A stretch of 63,895 bases of DNA, counting the filler, from an uncultured Methanosarcinales archaeon (GTDB lineage: Archaea; Nanobdellota; Nanobdellia; Woesearchaeales; JABMPP01), in NCBI GenBank assembly GCA_964604995.1. It is 7 parts of 7 records of this genome, joined end to end, with 100 filler letters (N's around TTAATTAATTAA, not from the genome) between each part and the next. Parts side by side here need not be neighbours in the genome. Positions count along the whole stretch, not along the records: positions 10,798 to 20,880 come from CAZSAD010000045.1; positions 20,981 to 31,040 come from CAZSAD010000046.1; 5 more parts are not named here. One strand, given 5' to 3'. Made by a program: the position numbers and the translations under genes. Position 1 is the first letter of the stretch, and every line of letters starts with the position of its first letter. Below, piece after piece: positions 10,800 through 21,467 of this stretch. Under the pieces are notes generated by a model that saw only the letters and a list, made by a program, of their open reading frames with translations, did not search any database and had not been told where the DNA came from.

Positions 10800-12701
10800 T
10801 TTGAACCAACTAATTTAACAATTACTAATTATGAGAATAATAGTATTTATTTTAATCAAACTTCGCACGATCCTGAAGATTACCAATTAAATTACAGTTG
10901 GAGAGTTTCTGTACAAAATAATACCCTTTTGCGAGCATGTAATTTGTTAAGTTCGACTAATCAAACTTATTGTGAAGAAGATTCTAGATGTTATTGGAAC
11001 CCTGGTTTGGATATCAATAGTAAATGTTATCCATTAGATAGTTATAGTGTTGTCACAGAAGAAAGCATCATGCAAAATTACACATTTAATGCAGATTATA
11101 CTACTGCAGGTAATTATATTGTTACTTTAGTTGTGATTGACCAAAATTTTGCTAATGCTTCAATTTCTTGGAATATGACAATAATAGATGTGAATAGATT
11201 ACCCGTATTTGGAATAAAAAGTCAGGATAGTTCTGAATTTTTTAGTGGAACATACAACAATACCCAATTATCTTCATTAGGTTCAATTGAACTTAATCAA
11301 ACAAATGGAACATATGTATTTAATGGTGAATTTATTTCGTCAATAATTGATTTTGGAGATGCATCTTATTCCTTGAAATTTACAAATATAACATGGAATG
11401 AAACCTCCCCTTCTGGAACTCTTGTAACAATGCAATTAAAAAGTTTTGATACTTTAGATGAAAACTCTTCTTGGATTCCGTCAGTTAATGGGAGCGGATC
11501 TGCAATAAATGTTGATGCCAAAAGATATTTACAATACAAGATATTAATGAATACTAGCAATGAAACAGTTAGCCCAAATGTTAGTCATGTTGAAATTGGT
11601 TATGGAATTGCTGATAAAACCTCCCAAAAAAATGTAGTGTTATTAAATTGGATTGATTTGGATGATTTCTTTTATGATCCTGATACAGATAATACCATAA
11701 TTATGAATGTCTCAGGAAACAATAATATAAATGTTGAAATTGATCAATCAAGTAGAAAAGTAAATATTAGACCATTAAATGATTATACTGGTACTGAGAT
11801 AATAACTTTTAAATTTAATGATAGTTATGGAATAGAGTATAGTAATAATGTGAGTATTAGTATTATTGATAATTCTACAAATAGTGATCAAACCCCCTCA
11901 CCTTCTTCAGGTGGAGGAGGTGGTGGAGGAGCCGCAAGTCAATCTGAAGATAAAAAAGAGGAAAATAAACAAAATGATCAAAGTAAATTTAAGAACTACC
12001 AATTAATTGTGCCTGGACTTCCAATTTATTATGTAAATGGAAGTATTGAAACCCCAATTACAATAATTAATAGTGCAAATCAAACTCTTACGCAAATTAC
12101 AATAAGTGCAAAAACTGACAAAAATGATACTAATATAACCTTATCAAAAACAATAATTGATAAATTAGATATTGGTCAACAAGAAGAAATCAAATTGCAT
12201 ATATCGACTGATAAGGTTTATGGTTCATTTGAAGTTGTTGTTTATGGTGAAGTAAAAGATCCTTTTATTGAAGATAATGCAAAAATCATTTTGAGCACTT
12301 TGGAAAAAGGAGAAACAAATAAAACTCAAGTTCAAACTAAAATATATTTTGTAAGGGATTTATTGAATCAAAATCCAGAATGTTTAGAATTAAATGAGAT
12401 GCTTGAAAAAGCAAATTTGGAAATAAAAAATGGAAACTTTAATCAGGCAACTAAAATGCTAGATTCGATAATTGAAACTTGTAAATATTTAATAACAAGA
12501 AAAGATAAAGTGGAAGAAAAAAAATCACCTTATTTAGAGTGGAAAGATGAAATAATTAATTTGGTGAAATCTCCTTTTGTGTATTTAACATTATTAAGTT
12601 TAGCACTAACTTCTGGTTTAATTATTGCTTATTATATTTATAAAAAACCAAAGAATCCAATAAATACTGAAACAATGACTAATCAACAATTACAAAAATA
12701 A
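10800..12701 (+). CDS. Cell-surface glycoprotein (beta-rich domains, Gly linker, C-terminal TM anchor), 5'-truncated
   Basis: Frame open from the contig edge; many N-x-S/T sequons; SSGGGGGGG linker; hydrophobic helix followed by KKPK. Confidence 0.75.
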   Translation, partial: FEPTNLTITNYENNSIYFNQTSHDPEDYQLNYSWRVSVQNNTLLRACNLLSSTNQTYCEEDSRCYWNPGLDINSKCYPLDSYSVVTEESIMQNYTFNADYTTAGNYIVTLVVIDQNFANASISWNMTIIDVNRLPVFGIKSQDSSEFFSGTYNNTQLSSLGSIELNQTNGTYVFNGEFISSIIDFGDASYSLKFTNITWNETSPSGTLVTMQLKSFDTLDENSSWIPSVNGSGSAINVDAKRYLQYKILMNTSNETVSPNVSHVEIGYGIADKTSQKNVVLLNWIDLDDFFYDPDTDNTIIMNVSGNNNINVEIDQSSRKVNIRPLNDYTGTEIITFKFNDSYGIEYSNNVSISIIDNSTNSDQTPSPSSGGGGGGGAASQSEDKKEENKQNDQSKFKNYQLIVPGLPIYYVNGSIETPITIINSANQTLTQITISAKTDKNDTNITLSKTIIDKLDIGQQEEIKLHISTDKVYGSFEVVVYGEVKDPFIEDNAKIILSTLEKGETNKTQVQTKIYFVRDLLNQNPECLELNEMLEKANLEIKNGNFNQATKMLDSIIETCKYLITRKDKVEEKKSPYLEWKDEIINLVKSPFVYLTLLSLALTSGLIIAYYIYKKPKNPINTETMTNQQLQK

Positions 12702-12788
12702 AATGAATATAATACAAATGACAGTAATAATAATTAATAACAATAAAATAAAAAGTATAAAAACAACAATTTTAAATTAGTTTTAAAT

Positions 12789-13454
12789 TTATTTTTTATT
12801 TGTCTTTAAAGAAAATTTTTCGTATAGTTTGTTTATATGGAAGTATATTTGTTTTTTATTTGAATTTGGAAGAGTAGTATAAATTTTAAGTATTTGTGAA
12901 TAGGTTTTCTTTGCGGCAGCTTCGTCATTGTTTGAAAGCGAAGAGTGTGCTTTTTTTACAAGGTTGAATATTTCAAGCATTTGATAATCTTTATCTATTT
13001 CAGCTGTTTCTTTTTTCTTTTCTTGAAAATAAGATACTATTTTTTCAGGATGTATTAAATTATCCACTATTTTTTTTTCTGATAATAATTTGTGTTTACC
13101 CATCTCTTCGTCAAAAATTAGTTCAACTAAATGTTTTAACCTGGGAATCAAGTTTTTATCATGATAGTTGTTTTTATCAATTTGTGAATATTCAGCTTCT
13201 GATAATTCTTCTAAGTAATCCCATATTTTTTCTTTAGTTTTAAGACTTAAACTTTTTTTCTCCAACTCTTGTTTTATTTCTTCAGGAGTTGATTTATTTT
13301 TAATTGAAAAAGTTTGAGATAAGAAATGATTATATAATGAAGATATTTGTTTTATATCGTCTTCTTTTAATAATTGTAAACGATTTAATGTTTCCTCTTT
13401 TAATTTAGCTGAAGTTTGAAATCTAATCAAATCCTCTTTTTTTGAATCCACCAT
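12789..13454 (-). CDS. Hypothetical helical protein
   Basis: 221-aa ATG ORF filling the gap; no motif recognised. Confidence 0.7.
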   Translation of the reverse strand: MVDSKKEDLIRFQTSAKLKEETLNRLQLLKEDDIKQISSLYNHFLSQTFSIKNKSTPEEIKQELEKKSLSLKTKEKIWDYLEELSEAEYSQIDKNNYHDKNLIPRLKHLVELIFDEEMGKHKLLSEKKIVDNLIHPEKIVSYFQEKKKETAEIDKDYQMLEIFNLVKKAHSSLSNNDEAAAKKTYSQILKIYTTLPNSNKKQIYFHINKLYEKFSLKTNKK

Positions 13455-13553
13455 AAAAACAACTTAATTTTAATAAGTTTATATCTTTTTCGTATTAACG
13501 CCTTTATAATGTATGCCATAACTTTAAATATAGGGTTTCTTTGCCTAACAAGT

Positions 13554-13961
13554 ATGGATTATGAGAAAATGTTAGATGAAGGAAGAAGTAATTTACCTGA
13601 GCATGTTCTTAATACTGAAAGATTTGAAATCCCAAAAGTTATGGGGCACTTACAAGGAAATAAAACAGTAGTTAGTAATTTTTATAACATTGCAGATACA
13701 TTAAGAAGACCTGTTGACCACCTATTAAAATATATATTGAAAGAATTAGCAACTCCTGGAAATTTAACTAAGAATGCACTTATTGTAGGAAGAAAATTAT
13801 CTGCTTCAATGATAAATGATAAAATAATACAATATGCGAATCAGTTTGTTGTGTGTAAAGCATGTAAAAAATATGATACTAAACTTGAAAGAGAAGGAGA
13901 TATTACCTTTTTGAAGTGTAGTGTTTGTGGTGCTAAACATCCCGTAGCTACAAGAATTTAA
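13554..13961 (+). CDS. eif2b: Translation initiation factor aIF2 beta subunit
   Basis: RFEIP, HLLKYILKELATPG and two CxxC pairs; ATG 13554 lies about 24 nt after TTTAAATA (leaderless start). Confidence 0.93.
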   Translation: MDYEKMLDEGRSNLPEHVLNTERFEIPKVMGHLQGNKTVVSNFYNIADTLRRPVDHLLKYILKELATPGNLTKNALIVGRKLSASMINDKIIQYANQFVVCKACKKYDTKLEREGDITFLKCSVCGAKHPVATRI

Positions 13962-14042
13962 CTTAAATTTGATTTCTTTTTATGAATAATGGTTAACAAA
14001 TATAAAAAATAATTAAAAATTTGTTAGAAAAAGATTGATATT

Positions 14043-17000
14043 TTAATCGAACCACGCACCAAGTCCTGCTTGCTTTTCTGGATCTTTCCCAAAAACACCC
14101 TCTACTCTCATTTTTGTTAATTCGAGTGTTTGCTTAAGATATGTTGAAACATTGTATTTATTTGCAAGACTAATGCTCGGTTCTAAATATTTTAAAACTG
14201 ATCCTTCTGCTACTGTAAAAAGCAATCTGCCCCCACATTTTGTGCATTTGCCAACTAAGGGAGGCCTTCTGAATTTTTCATTACATTTAACGCATCTAAA
14301 TTCTTGCTGTGAAAACTTTCTAAGATTCCCCCTAGTATCTTTAAGCAGATGTTTTTCAATAACTAACCTTGCTACATCAGATTCATCAACTGCCCTCACT
14401 TTTTCTGCTATATCCATTTGTCCTTTTAATTTTTCTTCCATGCTTGGTAAAGTTTTGTATGCTGAACATTTTACACCTAAATTGATACTTGTAACATCAT
14501 GAGTGAACCCCATCTTTTCATATTGTAATTCTGTGTTTAATCTCGTTCCAAGTTGTTCAATTTTAAATTCCCATGCATTTTTGTATTGTTCTGCTGCTTG
14601 ATAAAATTCTAAAGGATATTTCCAAACTACATCTAAACCTTGGACCATATCATCTACTTCTGCAGGTAAAAGCTTTAAAGTTAAAACTAAAGGAGAATCC
14701 ATTGTTCTACTTCCTCTTCTATCTGGTAAAAATTGTCTTGAAAAATTTAATAAACCATCCATCAGCAAAGAAACACAACACTCGTCACCATCACAATCTC
14801 TCCTTAATGCTGCGTGCCAAAGAGGATGTGCAAAACATGCTTGTGTTTCAGAAAACCCAATTATTCTGCCAATCATTCCTGCTGAAATATGAGGTGCTAG
14901 ACCAATTACTATTTCACCAATAATATCTTCTTTGGAATTAAAGTTGTAGTAAGGTTCTAAACCATAAAATGAAACTAAAAGTTCATCAATGAATTGTGAT
15001 GCCCTAAATAAAACATCATCTGCTGCTTCATCAGTCCCCCCTAAAGAAGCTGGTAAAATAATATCTTGAGGTTTTAATTCTATTATTTGTTCATTGGTAA
15101 TTATTAGTTGATTATTAATATCATGTGAATAACCAATTTGTTTTAGTTTTTCCAAACTGATTCCTATTTCTTTTGGTTTGAAATGTGTTATTGGTAATTC
15201 AGTCATATCGTAACGAATAGTTCCATCTTTATTTACATAAAGATCATGTTTTGCTCTAAGAATTCCTTTACATATGTGTTCTGGTATGTGATCACGATTA
15301 GATGTCCCCCTTACTCCTTTAATTAAATCTGGCCAAGTTTTCATACCTAATTTTTTTATTGCTAAGTCAAAATAATGATTTATGTCAATGGTTTGTGTTT
15401 TGAAAGTTTTTGCCTTTCCATGTTTTGTACAAATTGGTGTTTGAATAAAACCACAGGATTGACAATCATATAATCTAACAGTTAAGTTGTTGCAATTTTC
15501 ACAAACGGGGTAGATTGTTTTGTTATTGCAATTTTCACAAGTATACATTGGAAAATCTGCTGTGATTTTGCCAGCGTCTGTTGCTGACTGCACACTTCTT
15601 AATCTTCCACCTTCTTCACCTATTGGGAATAATGTATGTGGGCTACTTGAGAGTTTTCTCATTTTTGCTTTCTCTGGCCTTCCCATCCTCGCACCAATAA
15701 AGGTTCCCGATTTGTCTTTAATTTTGACAAATGAAAAAGAATTTATTATCTCCAGTGCTTTTTTATCTGAGTTGTTTATGATATATTCTATTTTTGAAGA
15801 AATTTCTTCTTTATTGTTTATACCTAAAGTTGCTAAAATTGCAATGGAATTATCTTTATCATAAACTACAAATTCATTTCCTGCTACAACACAAGGAATT
15901 CCAATTAAGTCTGAAATTCTTTTTTTCGTTTCGTTTAATGGTAAAATGATTTTAGAAATTTCTTCTGAAGATTCATTTTCATAAACAATATTCATTTCTT
16001 GGTACCATTTAAGCAAATCTATTAATTGTTGATTTTCAAGAATCCCCCAGTGATAAGTGTAGTAGGGATGCAATGCAATGTTTAATTCTTTTGAAAGAGA
16101 AATCCATTTTTTCGAAGATAATTTGATTTTGTTTGGTATAATTAATAATTTTTGTAGTTCATCGAATGTAATTGAATTTAGAAGAGTAGAGGAATTTTTT
16201 ATTTTATCTAAATAATCTGAACCAAATTTTTGAGTGAGTAATTGTTCAATTTCTCTTGTATACCAATCTTCGTTGTACCCACAAGGAGCCAAAATATGTC
16301 CATTCTCTGAAAAATCCCCATAACTAATTAGTATATCTCCTAAAAATAAAATTTCTTTAACAAAATCAAAACACCTTATTGCATCGCTTTCTGTTCCCAC
16401 CCTAATTACGGAACCATCTGTTAATTTTACAATAGGACCTTCAATATTATCATTTGGTGTAACTGCTGTTGCTTTTCCAGGCCTTTCCATTTTGAGTTGT
16501 GTACCTGTTGCAATATATTGATTTAGAAGATGCATTGTTGCTGGATGTATGCATGCCGATGAAAAACCAGAAATTCTAGATCTGCCATACCTTAACCTAA
16601 ATCCTCCTTCTCTTAAAGGATGAGTTAGAACTGGTCTACCTGCAACTAAATCTTGAATGTATACAAAATTAGGACTAATTTTTTTCCCTTGTGATTTATC
16701 TTTAGTTTTTCTACTTTTAATAATTTTTTGAAGCTCTAAAAATTCTTTTAAAAAATTCCAATGACTTAAACCTAATTCCTCTCCCCATTTACTTAGTCTT
16801 AACCAGATTTTAGGAGCTTTTTGAGATAACCCTTCTGCCAAAACAAGGCAAATCCCCCCCCTTATAAGATTAGTTTCTACCCTTGGAACATCTTTATAGT
16901 TAGAAACTTCAATATCTTCAGTAGGTTCGCCATTTAATTCTACTGGTAAATTTTTTGCCATAAATCTTAATTCATCTTCTGAGGGAAGATATTGTAAGTT

Positions 17001-17612
17001 GGTTACTCTTTCATGATAATCTTGAATTTCTGTAATATATCTATTAATTTCCTGCTCTGTTGGATCATATGTATCATAACCCATCTTTACCCTTACATAA
17101 TCACTTAGCACAACTGAAGTTGCTGCTGCTGTTCCACCTGCCCCTCTTACTGGACCAGAATACCAAATTGATAAATATTTTTTTCCATCTGCTCTATGTT
17201 TGACTCTAAGAAAAGTAAATCCTTCCAGAGGAGCTGAGACAATTCCTAAAGTTAAGTATGCAAACCCAACTCTAATTCCAATTTCCATTGCTTCTTCTTC
17301 ATCTTTAAATGTGCAAAATTTTTGTTTGGCTACATCTTCTGCAATCCTGAATGCGACTCTCCAGTCTAATAGTTTGTATTTTTTCTCGTATTCGAAAATT
17401 TGTTCGACCATACCTTTGCCCACTAATTGAGGTGCAACTTCTCGAATAAGACCTTCAACTCTTTCTGCCATATTTTTTGCTAGAACGATATCTACTTTAG
17501 GTTCAGGATCATATTTTTTTGCTCTTGCTTTTTCTGCACTATCAAAACCATGTTTAACTTTTATTTCAATATCCTCAAAATATTCTTGCATTTCTTTGCT
17601 TGCAACTACCAT
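14043..17612 (-). CDS. polC: DNA polymerase D large subunit DP2
   Basis: AGRPV, GGFRLRYGRSR, GARMGRPEKA, RRDCDGDE catalytic motif, C-terminal Zn finger and PIP-like QAGLGAWF. Confidence 0.98.
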   Translation of the reverse strand: MVVASKEMQEYFEDIEIKVKHGFDSAEKARAKKYDPEPKVDIVLAKNMAERVEGLIREVAPQLVGKGMVEQIFEYEKKYKLLDWRVAFRIAEDVAKQKFCTFKDEEEAMEIGIRVGFAYLTLGIVSAPLEGFTFLRVKHRADGKKYLSIWYSGPVRGAGGTAAATSVVLSDYVRVKMGYDTYDPTEQEINRYITEIQDYHERVTNLQYLPSEDELRFMAKNLPVELNGEPTEDIEVSNYKDVPRVETNLIRGGICLVLAEGLSQKAPKIWLRLSKWGEELGLSHWNFLKEFLELQKIIKSRKTKDKSQGKKISPNFVYIQDLVAGRPVLTHPLREGGFRLRYGRSRISGFSSACIHPATMHLLNQYIATGTQLKMERPGKATAVTPNDNIEGPIVKLTDGSVIRVGTESDAIRCFDFVKEILFLGDILISYGDFSENGHILAPCGYNEDWYTREIEQLLTQKFGSDYLDKIKNSSTLLNSITFDELQKLLIIPNKIKLSSKKWISLSKELNIALHPYYTYHWGILENQQLIDLLKWYQEMNIVYENESSEEISKIILPLNETKKRISDLIGIPCVVAGNEFVVYDKDNSIAILATLGINNKEEISSKIEYIINNSDKKALEIINSFSFVKIKDKSGTFIGARMGRPEKAKMRKLSSSPHTLFPIGEEGGRLRSVQSATDAGKITADFPMYTCENCNNKTIYPVCENCNNLTVRLYDCQSCGFIQTPICTKHGKAKTFKTQTIDINHYFDLAIKKLGMKTWPDLIKGVRGTSNRDHIPEHICKGILRAKHDLYVNKDGTIRYDMTELPITHFKPKEIGISLEKLKQIGYSHDINNQLIITNEQIIELKPQDIILPASLGGTDEAADDVLFRASQFIDELLVSFYGLEPYYNFNSKEDIIGEIVIGLAPHISAGMIGRIIGFSETQACFAHPLWHAALRRDCDGDECCVSLLMDGLLNFSRQFLPDRRGSRTMDSPLVLTLKLLPAEVDDMVQGLDVVWKYPLEFYQAAEQYKNAWEFKIEQLGTRLNTELQYEKMGFTHDVTSINLGVKCSAYKTLPSMEEKLKGQMDIAEKVRAVDESDVARLVIEKHLLKDTRGNLRKFSQQEFRCVKCNEKFRRPPLVGKCTKCGGRLLFTVAEGSVLKYLEPSISLANKYNVSTYLKQTLELTKMRVEGVFGKDPEKQAGLGAWFD

Positions 17613-17613
17613 A

Positions 17614-19197
17614 CTAAAACCTCAAAATTCTCATTTCTCTTGTTTGAAGATTGACCATTGGAACTCTACAAGGTTCTGGATGATGACCAACCTTAATTTG
17701 AAAACTTGTTAAATCCTGCCAACACGAACCACAAATAAGAGTTGTTGATTTATATTGTGCAACTGAAGTTTTGTGCAAATGCCCTGTAACAAAAAAATCA
17801 GGAACTTGTTCAATTATAAGTGGGTCCCTTTCATTATCGGGAATATAGGGTGCTGATGAGTGTGTTGGCGCTAAATGTCTTCTTTGAAGAAGATATTTCA
17901 TAACTAAATCTGCTCTGTCATACCCCCCACCAAATCTAATACTACTTACATTTGCGATATAATAATCAAAACTATAGCCATGATACAACAAAACATCGAA
18001 ACCTGAAAAATTTTCTGAAGAGTGAATATTTACAACAGCTGGATTACTTACCATAATTACATTAGGTAATTCCAAAAGAGATTTAATAAAATAATTACAA
18101 AAAGCTGGTTGTGGTTCAGCTAATCTTAAAGCATCGTGATTGCCACCTGAAATAATAATTTTTATGTGTTTTGGAATTTGTGAAAATAATCTGGCACATT
18201 CTTCATATTGTTTTTCAACATCTGTGATGTTTAAGTCATTTTCTTGTGAAGGGTAAATTCCAACTCCGTCAACTAAATCCCCCACAATAAAAAGATATTT
18301 TGTTTTCTTTGCAATTTCTTGTTGTTGTTCATTCCCACTTTCTCCGTTTATCCACTTCAAAAATCTTTCAAATTTTTCTTTTAAAAAATTTTTTGAACCT
18401 ATGTGAGTATCTGATAAAAATAAAGCATATGTTTCATCTTGTGCTTTTTTTATTTCTTTTTGAGGAACATCTGGTAATATAATATTGTTAGCAAAAACTA
18501 CCCTTGTAGAATTTACACCAACTGCACCTATAACTTCATCAAAACTTAAATTTTTGGCTAGTTCGAAAAGATGTGTTTTTGATTTATTTACTATAACTTT
18601 TATTTCTCCAGTTAAATCCTCCAATACTAATTCAATATTTTCATTTTTTGTTTGTTGTCTACTTTTTACTATACCAATTAAGGAAAGAGTTTCTTTTTCT
18701 TTTTTTTGTAAAATTCTAGAAATGGATGTTACTGATTTTAGTTCTTGTCTATTCCTCAATATTTTTTCCATAAATTTGTATCTTGCAATAAAATAATTTA
18801 CAAAATCTTGTACTTCTCGTTTTTTTGGTTTTTCGTTATAAGAAGAAATAATTTTAACATTATAACCATCATTAGATGAAGATTGAGAATTTGAATGTTG
18901 TGCTTTATTTGTTGATTCGTGCATTATTTCTATTAGTTTATTATATGATTTGATATCCCTTCCTTTTTGAAGTTGGACTAATAATTTATCCATTTCTTCG
19001 TCATTATTAATATTCTCTTTATCATAAAATAATTCTTCTTTATCTATTGTTAGAATTGAGGTATTATCTAATATTTCTTGCTTTGGTACAAAAGAAGATT
19101 CATCATTTTTTTCTAAAAAATTATAGTCCAATAATATTCCTTTATCTAAGAATTCCATAATTTTACTCTTTTTGGTTGAAACACTATTTTCACTCAT
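17614..19197 (-). CDS. polB: DNA polymerase D small (exonuclease) subunit DP1
   Basis: OB fold LEDLTG; phosphoesterase motifs SDTHIGS, GDLVDG, GNHD, YHG, HLAPTH, GHLH. Confidence 0.97.
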   Translation of the reverse strand: MSENSVSTKKSKIMEFLDKGILLDYNFLEKNDESSFVPKQEILDNTSILTIDKEELFYDKENINNDEEMDKLLVQLQKGRDIKSYNKLIEIMHESTNKAQHSNSQSSSNDGYNVKIISSYNEKPKKREVQDFVNYFIARYKFMEKILRNRQELKSVTSISRILQKKEKETLSLIGIVKSRQQTKNENIELVLEDLTGEIKVIVNKSKTHLFELAKNLSFDEVIGAVGVNSTRVVFANNIILPDVPQKEIKKAQDETYALFLSDTHIGSKNFLKEKFERFLKWINGESGNEQQQEIAKKTKYLFIVGDLVDGVGIYPSQENDLNITDVEKQYEECARLFSQIPKHIKIIISGGNHDALRLAEPQPAFCNYFIKSLLELPNVIMVSNPAVVNIHSSENFSGFDVLLYHGYSFDYYIANVSSIRFGGGYDRADLVMKYLLQRRHLAPTHSSAPYIPDNERDPLIIEQVPDFFVTGHLHKTSVAQYKSTTLICGSCWQDLTSFQIKVGHHPEPCRVPMVNLQTREMRILRF

Positions 19198-20408
19198 TGT
19201 TTTTCTAATTCAAGGGCTTCTTCGAGTATTTTTCTTATATTTTCTTTTAGATAATTTGGAACAGCAAGACTTATCTCCCTTGTTCTGCCATGTCTTCCTT
19301 TTGAAATAGTTTTAGTATTTAAAATCCCAAACATTTCATGTTCTGCAATTATATCTGAAACTCTCCTTAAAGTTAATGGTCTTAAATTTGTTTGATAACA
19401 TAACTTTTTGTAAAGTTCGTATACTTCACCAGTAAATATTGCTTGGTTTGGTTGAGGATTGAGTAAAAGGATTGCATATAAAGTTAGTTGTGTTTGTTTG
19501 GGTTGTGCTGCTAAAATATCCAAAACTCTTTCTTTTTCAATTTTCTCTTCTGCTAAATCTATGTGATCTATTTTAACTTTATCTAAATTTTCCCTTTCTG
19601 CAACTTCAGCAGAAACTCTTAAAAGTTCAAGTGCCCGCCTAGCATCACCATGTTCTCTTGCAGCATATGCTGCACATTTTTCTATTACCCCTTGCTCTAA
19701 AACCCCATCCTTAAATGCTAACTTTGCCCTATCCCTTAATATTTGTTGTAATTGTATTGCATTATATGGTGGAAAAACAACTTCTTCTTCTGATAAAGAA
19801 CTTTTAATTCTGGGGTCTAAATTATCCGTAAAAATTAAATCATTTGAAACACCAATTATTGAGAGTTGACTATTTTTTAATTCGGTATTTATCCTTGTAA
19901 GATTGTAAAGTATTTCATCGCCTGTTTTTTTTATAAGTTGATCTATTTCATCCAGAATTAAAATGATAGTATTTTTGGTATTATCTATTGCAGAATAAAA
20001 TATTTTATAAACTTCGTCTGTTGGTAAACCTGTTGGTGGAATTGCTTTTCCAAATTCTCTAGCAAGTTGTGCAATTAATCTATATTCCGTATCAGCGATT
20101 CTTTTCATTTTACAGTTAACATATAAAATTTTTAAAGGAATGTCTTGCTTTGATGCAACCTTTGCCATTTGATCAGTAATATATTTTATTGTAACTGTTT
20201 TTCCTGTTCCAGTTTTACCATATATAAACAAATTAGAAGGTGAATCTTGTTTAAGTGCTGGTGCCAAAATATTTGCTATTTGTTTTATTTGGTCGTCCCT
20301 ATGTGATAATGTTTCTGGTATGAATTGTGTTTGGAGTGATTTTTTATCAAAAAAAATTGATTCTTTTTTCAAAAAATTTTCAAAAAAACTTGTTAATTTT
20401 CTCTCCAT
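19194..20408 (-). CDS. cdc6: Orc1/Cdc6 replication initiator
   Basis: Walker A GKTGTGKT, Walker B LDEID, GDARRAL, winged-helix GRHGRTR; overlaps the DP1 start (ATGA). Confidence 0.97.
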   Translation of the reverse strand: MERKLTSFFENFLKKESIFFDKKSLQTQFIPETLSHRDDQIKQIANILAPALKQDSPSNLFIYGKTGTGKTVTIKYITDQMAKVASKQDIPLKILYVNCKMKRIADTEYRLIAQLAREFGKAIPPTGLPTDEVYKIFYSAIDNTKNTIILILDEIDQLIKKTGDEILYNLTRINTELKNSQLSIIGVSNDLIFTDNLDPRIKSSLSEEEVVFPPYNAIQLQQILRDRAKLAFKDGVLEQGVIEKCAAYAAREHGDARRALELLRVSAEVAERENLDKVKIDHIDLAEEKIEKERVLDILAAQPKQTQLTLYAILLLNPQPNQAIFTGEVYELYKKLCYQTNLRPLTLRRVSDIIAEHEMFGILNTKTISKGRHGRTREISLAVPNYLKENIRKILEEALELEKQ

Positions 20409-20462
20409 ATTTTCCAAGAGAAGTGCGGGCTTTATATATTTTTGTTTTTTTGGTGTATGTAT

Positions 20463-20779
20463 ACCTCTCCTTGATTTCCTATGGAAAACATATTTTAGAT
20501 TTTTTGGGTTGTTTTAAATATTAAATATTTAAAACATATATTATATAATAAATTTATAATAAATGGATATTATTTATTATATAATAATATAGATTATTTT
20601 TATTTTCTTATATAATTTATTATATATATTATTATTTTCAATATAGACAAATAATAATATAATATATAATAATTAATTAATAAATAAAATAAAAATAAAT
20701 TAAGTATGAAAACAAAAAATGAAAAAAATTAAATAGTAATAAAAAATTACAAGAAAATCTCCACAGGAAACGTAGGGGT
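20463..20779. other. Candidate replication origin oriC: two inverted ORB-like elements around an AT-rich region
   Basis: TCTCCACAGGAAACGTAGGGGT (+, 20758-20779) and TTCCATAGGAAATCAAGGAGAGGT (-, about 20463-20486) flank about 270 bp of very AT-rich DNA directly upstream of cdc6. Confidence 0.8.
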
Positions 20780-20880
20780 TAACAAATTTCCTTTGTTTTG
20801 AATTAAAGAAGATTTTTTATATTATTTTTATATTTAAAATATTTTGTTTTTTATAATACTATTTTATTATGTTTGTTGTG

Positions 20881-20980
20881 NNNNNNNNNNNNNNNNNNNN
20901 NNNNNNNNNNNNNNNNNNNNNNNNTTAATTAATTAANNNNNNNNNNNNNNNNNNNNNNNNNNNNNNNNNNNNNNNNNNNN
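20881..20980. other. Artificial contig linker
   Basis: 100 bp of N with TTAATTAATTAA. Confidence 0.99.
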
Positions 20981-21128
20981 TAATAACTTTTTCTTGTTCC
21001 AAACGTTTTACTCTATTCATTACTGTTGCAACTGAAATCCCTACTTTTTTTGCTATTTGCCTATAAGAGAGCTTTGAGTCTTCGAGTAGAGCATTTAATA
21101 TTTTTAAATCTTTGTCATCAAAATCCAT
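20981..21128 (-). CDS. Lrp/AsnC family regulator (HTH part; truncated at contig end)
   Basis: MDFDDKDLKILNALLEDSKLSYRQIAKKVGISVATVMNRVKRLE. Confidence 0.9.
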
Positions 21129-21130
21129 AT

Positions 21131-21160
21131 AAATCAACCGTTATCAACTGTAATCAACTG
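21131..21160. repeat. Three tandem 10-bp repeats just upstream of the Lrp start
   Basis: AAATCAACCG TTATCAACTG TAATCAACTG. Confidence 0.75.
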
Positions 21161-21283
21161 TTTAGTTTTTAACTTATTTTTCAATTAAAATTAAACAGAT
21201 ATATAAATATTAGCTATTTTATTAAACATTTGTATCATTAATATCCAATAAACTATTTATAGTGTATAGATACTCTACAATTC

Positions 21284-21430
21284 ATGTTAAAGACTAAATC
21301 AATGATTTTGGATATACAACTAATGCAAGATATGAGTTATTTTGATTCGTCTTTTGTTGAATTAGAAGGTGAAGAGGATAATAACCTTTTTGCATTAAAA
21401 TCGGTAGAACCCAACCATATTGCAGAATAA
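21284..21430 (+). CDS. Putative 48-aa small protein upstream of glnA
   Basis: Hand-translated MLKTKSMILDIQLMQDMSYFDSSFVELEGEEDNNLFALKSVEPNHIAE; TATA-like TTTATA at 21256-21261. Confidence 0.55.
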   Translation: MLKTKSMILDIQLMQDMSYFDSSFVELEGEEDNNLFALKSVEPNHIAE

Positions 21431-21467
21431 ATTAGATTACTGTATCTTATATCTGGAGGGATATTTT

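Noticed and set aside
14043..20408. Inteins in DP2 or Cdc6
   Set aside because: Lengths are ordinary and no intein splice or LAGLIDADG motifs were seen
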